From NCBI GenBank assembly GCA_025935995.1, contig JAICUF010000003.1, forward strand, positions 67 to 64,066: 64,000 bases of DNA, in the 5' to 3' direction. Below, one piece after another: positions 56,874 through 64,000 of this stretch. The notes below the pieces were generated by a model that was not told the origin of the DNA, did no database searches, and saw only the letters and a list, made by a program, of their open reading frames with translations. Both the position numbers and the translations under genes were made by a program. Positions within the stretch are counted from its first letter, which is position 1. Each line of letters starts with the position of its first letter. This stretch comes from Gemmatimonadales bacterium. Its GTDB lineage: Bacteria > Gemmatimonadota > Gemmatimonadetes > Gemmatimonadales > GWC2-71-9.

Positions 56874-57569
56874 ATGCGTCACCTGCTCGGCGCGGCCGGC
56901 CTGCTGCTGGCGGTCGCAGTGCCCGCGGCGGCACAGGATGTCTGTTCGCAGTACCGAACCACCCCGGCGGTCGGAAGCTGGGCGGAGTATCGCAGCGACC
57001 GCGGGGGCCAGGAGCTCACCAGCCGTGTCGCTCTCGTCGGACAGGAGAAGCGCGACGGCAAGGACGCGCTCTGGCTCGAGACCAGCACTGCGACGCCACG
57101 AGGTCGCATGATCAGCGAAGTGCTGGTGCCGGGCTTCCCGTACGAGCCTGGTTCGGTGATGGAGATGGTCGTCAAACGCGGCGATCAGCCGGCGCGGAAG
57201 ATGTCACCCGAGATGATGGCGATGATGCGGGGGGGCGGCCAGGGTGCCCAGGCATCGGCGCCTCCCGCCGGCGGACAGGGCCGCGCGATGGGCCGGGGCG
57301 GCATGGGCGGCCGCGGCATGTCGAACTGGGCCCAGCAGTGCCAGGATTTCACCGTCGTGGGCAAGGAGTCGGTCAAGGTTCCGGCGGGAACGTTCGACGC
57401 CACGCATCTCCGGAACAGCGTGGACAGCATGGACGTCTGGGTCAGCCACGACGTCCCGTTCGGCCTGATCAAGTCCCAGGGTCGCGGCACCACGACCGAA
57501 CTGACCGGGCATGGCCGTGACGCCAAGAAGTCCATCACCGAAACGCCGCAGGAAGGGTCGGGGATGTAG
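56874..57569 (+). CDS. Hypothetical exported protein with Gly/Met-rich insert
   Basis: GGAG RBS; signal peptide AAA-Q; VGSWAEY, VGKESVKVPAGTF, VPFGLIK motifs. Confidence 0.75.
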   Translation: MRHLLGAAGLLLAVAVPAAAQDVCSQYRTTPAVGSWAEYRSDRGGQELTSRVALVGQEKRDGKDALWLETSTATPRGRMISEVLVPGFPYEPGSVMEMVVKRGDQPARKMSPEMMAMMRGGGQGAQASAPPAGGQGRAMGRGGMGGRGMSNWAQQCQDFTVVGKESVKVPAGTFDATHLRNSVDSMDVWVSHDVPFGLIKSQGRGTTTELTGHGRDAKKSITETPQEGSGM

Positions 57570-57593
57570 GGCAGGGACGCTCCGTCGGCCCCG

Positions 57594-57627
57594 GGCGGTT
57601 GCCGGCAACGGCAACCGCCTATTTTTT
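57594..57627 (+). terminator. Intrinsic terminator
   Basis: GGCGGTTGCCG-GCAA-CGGCAACCGCC followed by TATTTTTT. Confidence 0.9.
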
Positions 57628-57855
57628 GGCGGGGAACCACCCGCGTGCAAGTGGCGTTGCGACAAGCGTCTAGAGGCAGGAAAGCCGGGCCCGTCAGCCC
57701 TTCGACGGTGCGTAAAAGCGCGACGGTTTGTAACAGTCCATGGCGACAAAACAGAATTCTTGCAAGTTCGGGTCGGTATCGCCGAGCGCTCCCGGATCCG
57801 GCGGCGGGAATGCCATGCTGGCAGACTGCAACCGCAACGCCTGATGTGTTTTAGC

Positions 57856-57894
57856 TAAGATGTTGATTTTGTGAGGTTTACGCAATATATTGCG
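57856..57894 (+). promoter_or_regulatory. Sigma70-type promoter of the sigma-factor gene with overlapping IHF-consensus site and 14-bp palindrome
   Basis: TTGATT (57863-57868)-N17-TATATT (57886-57891); TAAGATGTTGATT = WATCAA-N4-TTR on the minus strand; CGCAATATATTGCG at 57881-57894. Confidence 0.65.
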
Positions 57895-57968
57895 GGACTG
57901 GACCCCGGGCGCCCCAACCTTTGGCTGGCAGTGCACAGGGGATGCGAATCCCAGAGGAGGCTGTGAGC

Positions 57969-58862
57969 GTGACCATTAAAGCACGTGGCAAGCGTCGTCC
58001 GGTTCGGCCGGCGCAGATCGCTCGCGCAGTCGACGAGGGCCGCGAGAGCCTGGATCTCTATCTCGACGAGATCAGCCGAGTGCCGCTCCTCAATCGTGAG
58101 GAGGAGATGGAGCTCGCGCGGAAGGCGTTCCGTGGCAACGTGGCCGCGCAGGAGAAGCTGGCCCGCCACAACGTGCGCTTCGTCGTGTCCGTCGCCAAGA
58201 AGTTCCAGAATCGCGGCGTGCCGCTCGTCGATCTGATCGGCGAAGGCAACCTCGGCCTGATGACGGCGGCGCGGAAATTCGACCCCGATCGCGGCGTCAA
58301 GTTCATCTCCTACGCCGTCTGGTGGATCCGCCAGGCCGTGCAGGCGGCGATCGCGCGCCACGGACGCCCGGTGCGGGTCCCGCTCAACCGCACGGCGGAC
58401 CTGAGCCGCCTCGGCCGCACCACCACGCTCCTCAAGGACCGGCTCGGGCGCATGCCCACCACCGAGGAGCTGGCCCGCGCAACCGGCCTCACCGTCGAGG
58501 CGGTGCGCAGCCTGAGCGCGCTCAACTCCGAGGCGGTCCGCCTCGACCACCCGACCCGCGACGGCGAGGGGAACGAGCGGATCGAGCGGTTCACGAGCGG
58601 CGAGCAGGAAAGCACCGACATGTCCACCATGGCCAACAGCCAGACCCAGGACATCGAGGCCGCGCTGGCCGTGCTTCCGCCTCGCGACGCCAAGGTGCTG
58701 CGGCTCTACTTCGGTCTCGACGACGGCAACAGCCGCACCCTCGAGGAGATCGGCCGCATGATGGGTGTCACGCGCGAACGGATCCGCCAGCTGCGCGACC
58801 GCGCGCTCGTCCGGCTCCGCGAAGGCGAAACCGGCGACCGCCTGCGCGACCTGGTCGCCTGA
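57969..58862 (+). CDS. Sigma70-family sigma factor (RpoD/SigA-like, lacking region 1.1)
   Basis: GAGGAGG RBS; LDLYLDEI, NVRFVVSVAKK, DLIGEGNLGL, KFISYAVWWIRQ, TLEEIG...TRERIRQ. Confidence 0.95.
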   Translation: MTIKARGKRRPVRPAQIARAVDEGRESLDLYLDEISRVPLLNREEEMELARKAFRGNVAAQEKLARHNVRFVVSVAKKFQNRGVPLVDLIGEGNLGLMTAARKFDPDRGVKFISYAVWWIRQAVQAAIARHGRPVRVPLNRTADLSRLGRTTTLLKDRLGRMPTTEELARATGLTVEAVRSLSALNSEAVRLDHPTRDGEGNERIERFTSGEQESTDMSTMANSQTQDIEAALAVLPPRDAKVLRLYFGLDDGNSRTLEEIGRMMGVTRERIRQLRDRALVRLREGETGDRLRDLVA

Positions 58863-58880
58863 GCCCCGCCATGTCGAACC

Positions 58881-58910
58881 CGAAGGGCCCCTCACCCGAG
58901 GGGCCCTTCG
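58881..58910 (+). terminator. Stem-loop after the sigma gene
   Basis: CGAAGGGCCCCTC-ACCC-GAGGGGCCCTTCG, perfect 13-bp stem, no U-tract. Confidence 0.65.
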
Positions 58911-58911
58911 C

Positions 58912-59265
58912 ATGTCCGGCGTCGGGCCGCCGGTGAGCGCCCTGCCTCCGGTACCTTACGCCATCAGCCGCCGACCGGACGGCCTCCTGATCGAGTGGGA
59001 CGCGGCCGGCCACGAGTGGCTGTATCCGGCGCGGGCGCTCCGGCTCGCGTGCCGCTGTGCGATCTGCACCGAGGAAATGACCGGTCGCCCGCTGCTCGAC
59101 CCCGCCACCGTGCCGGACGACGTCAGTCCCGTTTCCGTCGCTCTGGTCGGCGCGTACGGCCTCCGCGTCGTCTGGAGCGACGGACATGACACCGGCATCT
59201 ACAGCTTCGCCGCGCTCCACGCGGGGTGCGGCTGCGAGCGCTGTCGCCGCAGCGGCGCGGAATAG
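58912..59265 (+). CDS. DUF971 (gamma-butyrobetaine hydroxylase N-terminal-like) protein
   Basis: LRLACRCAIC..E.TG, VGAYGLRVVWSDGHDTGIYSF. Alternative start GTG 58933. Confidence 0.88.
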   Translation: MSGVGPPVSALPPVPYAISRRPDGLLIEWDAAGHEWLYPARALRLACRCAICTEEMTGRPLLDPATVPDDVSPVSVALVGAYGLRVVWSDGHDTGIYSFAALHAGCGCERCRRSGAE

Positions 59266-59337
59266 CGCTCTGGTGGACTCTGCGGTTCGGTGATAAGCTC
59301 GACCGTTCGCATCCGCGCCCATCTCAGGAGTTGATGA

Positions 59338-59646
59338 ATGGTGACAGGCCGCCGGGTCTGGATCTTCATCTGGTACGGGATGCTCCTCCTTGGCCTGCTC
59401 GGCCTCGTCGCCTCGATCTACTGGGCCCGCCGCACCCACTGGCGGAACCTGGATGAGTTTCTCCGCGCCATCGGCACCGTCCTCGTCTCGCTGGGCATGA
59501 TCATCCTGCTCCGCGGCGGCGGCGACGTGATCGGCACCTCCCTCACGATCGGCGCGGTGGGCGCCTTCATCGCCGCCTTCATCGTCGGACGGCACTGGGG
59601 CGACGCCGGGGAGCCGCTGGCCGGCCCCGACGACAGCGTGGAGTGA
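59338..59646 (+). CDS. Small membrane protein (3 TM)
   Basis: AGGAG RBS; three hydrophobic segments. Confidence 0.7.
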   Translation: MVTGRRVWIFIWYGMLLLGLLGLVASIYWARRTHWRNLDEFLRAIGTVLVSLGMIILLRGGGDVIGTSLTIGAVGAFIAAFIVGRHWGDAGEPLAGPDDSVE

Positions 59647-59719
59647 CGCGGCGCACATCCGCGGGGGACCGGAAGGCGCATCGTTCGGCATCGGCATCAT
59701 CCTCCACTCCGAGGCCGCC

Positions 59720-60244
59720 ATGCGCGCAGACCGGCATTCCGTAGTAAGTGAGGGGTTCATCGCGGGCATCATCGGAGCCGCGATCGTCGCGCTCTGGTAT
59801 TTCGTCGTGGATCTCGCCGCCGGCGAGCCCCTTCGCACTCCCCAGCTGATCGGCCAGCTCATCATGCACGGGGCCGCCGGCATCGACCGGACGGCGTCCT
59901 CCGCCGCGGTGCTCGTGGCCACGATCGTCCATGGCGCGGCCTTCGTCCTGCTCGGCATCGCGCTCACGGCGCTCGTGCACCTCGCGTCGCGGGAAATCGC
60001 GTGGCGGATGGGCGTCCTCATCGGCCTCGTCATCGCGGCCGGATTCGTGTCCGGGCTCATCTTCGCCGTTACGCCGGCCACGGAGGAGCGGTTCTCCAGC
60101 TGGGTGGTCGTCGGCGGCAGCCTGATCGCCGTGGCCGGGATGGCCGCGTATCTCTGGCGGCGGCACCCCGTCCTCGCGGCATCGTTCCGCGACGTGGCGC
60201 TCGGCGACGAGACCGAGTCGCCGCCGCACCCGCCGCTGCGCTGA
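59720..60244 (+). CDS. Hypothetical membrane protein (4 TM)
   Basis: GAGG RBS; EGFIAGIIGA..VALWYFVVD...GEPLRTP..IG; four hydrophobic segments. Confidence 0.75.
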   Translation: MRADRHSVVSEGFIAGIIGAAIVALWYFVVDLAAGEPLRTPQLIGQLIMHGAAGIDRTASSAAVLVATIVHGAAFVLLGIALTALVHLASREIAWRMGVLIGLVIAAGFVSGLIFAVTPATEERFSSWVVVGGSLIAVAGMAAYLWRRHPVLAASFRDVALGDETESPPHPPLR

Positions 60245-60310
60245 GCCCCGGCGTTTACCGGGGCACCGGACCCGGCTAGCTTCCGGCGTCCACTCAACCG
60301 GCCTGGGTCC

Positions 60311-62782
60311 GTGCGACTGCGCTCGTTCGCCGCGTTTCTGCTCCTCTGCACCGTCCGATTCGTTCCCGACCTGTCCGCCCAGATGCAGCCCCCCTCCACG
60401 GGGGGCGCCGCGGCGCTGGCCGAAGAGCTGCGCATGCTGGGTCACTACCGGCGGGTGCTGGTCATCGGCGCGCATCCCGACGACGAGGACACCGACCTCC
60501 TCACGGTGCTGGTCCGCGGGATGGGCGCTGAGGCGGCCTACCTCTCGCTCAACCGGGGCGAGGGAGGGCAGAATCTCATCGGGTCCGAGCTGGGCGAGGC
60601 GCTGGGCCTGCTCCGGACGGAAGAGCTGCTCTCGGCACGCAGCCTCGACGGCGCGCAGCAGTTCTTCACCCGCGCGTACGATTTCGGCTTCTCCAAGACC
60701 CTCGACGACGCCTGGGCCCACTGGCCGCGCGATTCGGTGCTCAAGGACGTGGTCCGCATCGTCCGCCGATTCCGACCACAGATCATCGTGTCGATCTTCA
60801 GCGGGACGCCGCGCGACGGCCACGGCCAGCATCAGGCGGCGGGCTGGGCGGCACGGGAGGCGTACCGCATCGCCGGCGACGCGAGCCGCTTTCCGGAGCT
60901 GCAATCGGAAGAGGGCCTCGCGCCGTGGACGCCGCTCCGGCTCTATCGCAGCACCTGGTTCGATACCACCGCGACGACGCTCACGCTCAACGGCGGCGCG
61001 CTGGATCCCGCCGTCGGCAAGTCGTACCATCAGATCGCGATGCAGGGAAGGAGCCGTCACCGTTCACAGGACATGGGACGGCTGCAGCAGATCGGGCCGT
61101 CGCCGGTGCGGGTGGCGCTCTGGGAGGACCGCGCGGGCGGCGGCGCGGGCGGCGGGTTCTTCACCGGCATCGACACGACGCTGGCGGCGCTCGCCGCGTC
61201 CGGCGGCGACACGACGCACCGCGCCGAGTGGCTCGCGCTCGGCGGGGAGCTCGGCGCGGCGCGCGGGCGCACGGCGGACGAATTGCGCGCGGTCCGGGCC
61301 AGGTTCGCATCGCTCGCCGCGAGCGCGGGAGCGGCGCAACGCGAGGAAGCCCAGCAGCTCGCCCACCTCGATCGCGCCATCGCCGTCGCTGACGGGCTCC
61401 TGTGCGACGGAGTCACGAGCCAGGAGCGGGTGGTGCCCGGCGAACGCATCCGCCTGTCGGTCACCTGCGTCGGCGGCCCCGCGTCGGCGGTCACGCTTCG
61501 CTTCCGGGGACATCCGATCCCGCGCGCCGCCGACGGGACCGTGCAGGTGCCCGATACGGCGGGCCTCTCGGATCCCTACTTCCTCCGCGAACCGCGCCAG
61601 GGCGATCTGTACAGCTGGCGGGGCGTCCCACCGGAGCTCCGCGGCGTGGCACGGGAGCCGCCGACCTTCGAGATCGTGTACGCGGGCGTCGCGCGTGAGG
61701 TGGCCTTCCGCTTCAACGATCAGTCCGTGGGGGAGCAGCGGCGGCCGGTGACCGTGGTGCCGCGCCTCGATGTGCGGATCGATCCGGACACCGTGCTCTG
61801 GGTGGCCGGAGCCACCGCACCCCAACGCGTTCGAGTGGTCGTGACGCGATTCGGTCCCGACAGCGTCGCCGGCCGCGTGCGGCTCCAGCTGCCCCCGGGC
61901 TGGCGCGCCCCGCCGCCCCAGGCATTCTCCCTTGGCCAGCGGGGAGCATCGTCCGCATTTGACATCGACATTCCGGTGGCGGGCCTCAAGCCGGGGCGGT
62001 ACGAGGTTCACGCCGTCGCGGAGGACGGAGCGGGGCACGCCTACGCGTCGGGCATCTTCACCATCGACTACCCGCACATTCGCGCGCGCTCGTACGTGTC
62101 CCCGTCCACCGCAGTGGTGCAGGTGGCGCCGCTGGCGCTGCCGCGGCTGGCGCACATCGGATACATCCGGGGCGCGGCCGACCGGATCCCCGAGGCACTC
62201 GCCGGCGCAGGGCTGCACGTCGAGCTGCTCGATGCCGGCCAGATCGCGCGCGGCGACCTCTCGCGCTACGAGGCGATCGTGGTCGGCCCGCGGGCCTACG
62301 AGACCGACACGGCGCTCGTCGCGCACAACGACCGACTCCTCGCCTACGCGCGCGGCGGCGGACTCCTCCTGGTGCAGTACCAGCAGTACCAGTTCATCCA
62401 GGGCGGCTTCGCGCCGTTCCCGCTGACGATCGCCACGCCGCACGACCGCGTCACCGACGAGCACGCGGCGGTCACGCTGCTGGCACCCAACGACGCGGCG
62501 TTCACCCGCCCCAATCAGATCGGCCCCGCGGATTGGGACGGATGGATTCAGGAGCGCGGCCTCTACTTCGCGCACACCTGGGCCGACCCCTATCGGCCGC
62601 TGCTCGAGGCGCATGACCCGGGCGAAGGGCCGGAGCGCGGCGGGCTCCTCGTGGCGCCGCTGGGCCGCGGCACCTACGTGTACACCGGGCTCGCCTTCTT
62701 CCGGGAGCTACCGGCCGGCGTGCCGGGCGCGTACCGGCTCTTCGCCAACCTGCTCGCGCTGGCGCAGGCTCCGCGTCCGTGA
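60311..62782 (+). CDS. Exported PIG-L/LmbE family deacetylase with Ig-like (NEW3) and C-terminal GATase-like domains
   Basis: GAHPDDED, RGEGGQN, TRAYDFGFSK, HGQHQ, HRSQDMG, WIQERGLY, FFRELPAGVPGAYRL. Confidence 0.9.
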   Translation: MRLRSFAAFLLLCTVRFVPDLSAQMQPPSTGGAAALAEELRMLGHYRRVLVIGAHPDDEDTDLLTVLVRGMGAEAAYLSLNRGEGGQNLIGSELGEALGLLRTEELLSARSLDGAQQFFTRAYDFGFSKTLDDAWAHWPRDSVLKDVVRIVRRFRPQIIVSIFSGTPRDGHGQHQAAGWAAREAYRIAGDASRFPELQSEEGLAPWTPLRLYRSTWFDTTATTLTLNGGALDPAVGKSYHQIAMQGRSRHRSQDMGRLQQIGPSPVRVALWEDRAGGGAGGGFFTGIDTTLAALAASGGDTTHRAEWLALGGELGAARGRTADELRAVRARFASLAASAGAAQREEAQQLAHLDRAIAVADGLLCDGVTSQERVVPGERIRLSVTCVGGPASAVTLRFRGHPIPRAADGTVQVPDTAGLSDPYFLREPRQGDLYSWRGVPPELRGVAREPPTFEIVYAGVAREVAFRFNDQSVGEQRRPVTVVPRLDVRIDPDTVLWVAGATAPQRVRVVVTRFGPDSVAGRVRLQLPPGWRAPPPQAFSLGQRGASSAFDIDIPVAGLKPGRYEVHAVAEDGAGHAYASGIFTIDYPHIRARSYVSPSTAVVQVAPLALPRLAHIGYIRGAADRIPEALAGAGLHVELLDAGQIARGDLSRYEAIVVGPRAYETDTALVAHNDRLLAYARGGGLLLVQYQQYQFIQGGFAPFPLTIATPHDRVTDEHAAVTLLAPNDAAFTRPNQIGPADWDGWIQERGLYFAHTWADPYRPLLEAHDPGEGPERGGLLVAPLGRGTYVYTGLAFFRELPAGVPGAYRLFANLLALAQAPRP

Positions 62783-63843
62783 GGGCCGCCGGCGCCGGGC
62801 TCGCGTCCGCGGCCCGCGCGTTCGCGGCCCGCGCGCTCGCGGCCGGCGCGCTCGCCCTCGCGGCCTGCGGCGGGGACGGGCGCACGCCTGTCGTGATCTA
62901 TTCGCCCCACGGGCGCGACCAGCTCGTGCTCATGGAGCGGGACTTCGAGTCGCTGCATCCCGACATCGACGTCCGCTGGCTCGACATGGGGAGCCAGGAG
63001 ATCCTCGACCGCGTGCGCTTCGAGCGGGTGAATCCCCAGGCGGACGTCTGGTTCGGCGGCCCGACGACGATCTTCGACCGCGGTGTCGCCGACTCGCTGA
63101 TCGCGCCGTATCGTCCCGCGTGGGCCGAGCATGTGGATGCCGAGGGTGTCGGCCCGCGGGATCTCTACTTCCCGGTGTACCGCACGCCCGCGGTCATCGC
63201 GTACAACAGCAGCGCCGTCGCCGATTCGGAGGCGCCGGCCGACTGGGACGATGTCCTCGATCCGAAATGGCGTGACAAGATCCTGATCCGCGACCCGGTC
63301 GCGAGCGGGACGATGCGCGCCATCTGGGGCCTGATCCTGGAGCGGAGCATCGAGCAGACCGGTGACACGGGGCAGGGGATGGCCTGGCTCCGGCGGCTCG
63401 ACGGCCAGACCCGGGCCTACACCCTGAATCCGGCGATCCTCGAGGAGAAGCTGGTGCGCCGCGAGGGGCTGGTCACGCTCTGGGATCTTCCCGATCTTCT
63501 GATCTGGCAGCACAAGGGAATTCCGTTCCGCTACACCTTTCCACGGAGCGGAACGGTGGTGATCGACGATGCCGTGGCGCTGGTGCGCGGCGCGCGCCAC
63601 GCCGCGGCGGCGCGACTCTTCATCGACTACGTCGGCAGCGCCCGCGCGCAGCTGCTCACCGCTCGCGAGGTATACCGCCTCCCGGCTCGTACCGATCTGC
63701 CGGTGGACTCGGTGCCGGCCTGGGTCGCGGGCGTGGAGCGATCGATGGTGGTCGCGCACGTGGACTGGGGCCTGCTGGCGCGGGAGGGAGCCGCCTGGAT
63801 GTCGTACTGGGATCGTCACGTGCGGAACACCGGACGCCGATGA
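62779..63843 (+). CDS. ABC transporter substrate-binding lipoprotein (Fe3+/AfuA-like family)
   Basis: Lipobox LAAC; [34 protein letters not shown]. Confidence 0.88.
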   Translation: MRAAGAGLASAARAFAARALAAGALALAACGGDGRTPVVIYSPHGRDQLVLMERDFESLHPDIDVRWLDMGSQEILDRVRFERVNPQADVWFGGPTTIFDRGVADSLIAPYRPAWAEHVDAEGVGPRDLYFPVYRTPAVIAYNSSAVADSEAPADWDDVLDPKWRDKILIRDPVASGTMRAIWGLILERSIEQTGDTGQGMAWLRRLDGQTRAYTLNPAILEEKLVRREGLVTLWDLPDLLIWQHKGIPFRYTFPRSGTVVIDDAVALVRGARHAAAARLFIDYVGSARAQLLTAREVYRLPARTDLPVDSVPAWVAGVERSMVVAHVDWGLLAREGAAWMSYWDRHVRNTGRR

Positions 63844-64000
63844 CCGAGCCCTTCCTCGTCCTCGATGGCCTGACGCGCCGCTTCGGCGCGACGGTCGCCG
63901 TCGATCGGCTCTCGCTCTCGCTCGCGCGGGGCGAGATTCTCGCGCTGCTCGGGCCGAGCGGCAGCGGCAAGACGACGGCGCTTCGGCTCCTCGCGGGCTT
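63840..64000 (+). CDS. ABC transporter ATP-binding protein (FbpC/PotA-like), 3' truncated
   Basis: ATGA overlap; [16 protein letters not shown]...[18 protein letters not shown] Walker A. Confidence 0.9.
   Translation, partial: MTEPFLVLDGLTRRFGATVAVDRLSLSLARGEILALLGPSGSGKTTALRLLAG

Noticed and set aside
57628-57960. Sigma54 promoter upstream of the sigma-factor gene (prompted by the IHF site)
   Set aside because: None of the TGGC motifs I checked has the required GG-N10-GC spacing.

Overview
High-GC chromosomal window that looks like core genome of a Gemmatimonadota-like bacterium (inferred from gene content; no marker gene is present). It has about 50 CDSs and three tRNAs (Leu-GAG, Thr-CGT, Pro-GGG). 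I found no integrase, transposase, rRNA or CRISPR array. Recognisable modules: exported hydrolases and outer-membrane barrels; two tandem paralogous Ig-repeat lipoproteins; a frameshifted GWxTD gene; an ECF sigma/anti-sigma/2x DUF4097 operon; hutUIG; aguBA; ettA-glgP-glgA with two GH57 genes; thrBC; split pntAB; a region-1.1-less sigma70; a PIG-L deacetylase with an ABC transporter. Most notable: (1) a putative Rad52/ERF-like annealase plus stand-alone SWIM gene pair behind a near-consensus promoter with an AGCTAAC-N17-GTTAGCT operator and a ~250-nt leader; (2) a sigma54-driven non-classical chaperone-usher pilus locus with four DUF4402-like pilins; (3) an exported selenocysteine peroxiredoxin hidden by an in-frame TGA with a SECIS-like hairpin; (4) three self-complementary repeats at exact 32-bp spacing upstream of a SWIB gene with a histone-H1-like tail. 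Family calls come from motif recognition by eye, not database searches.
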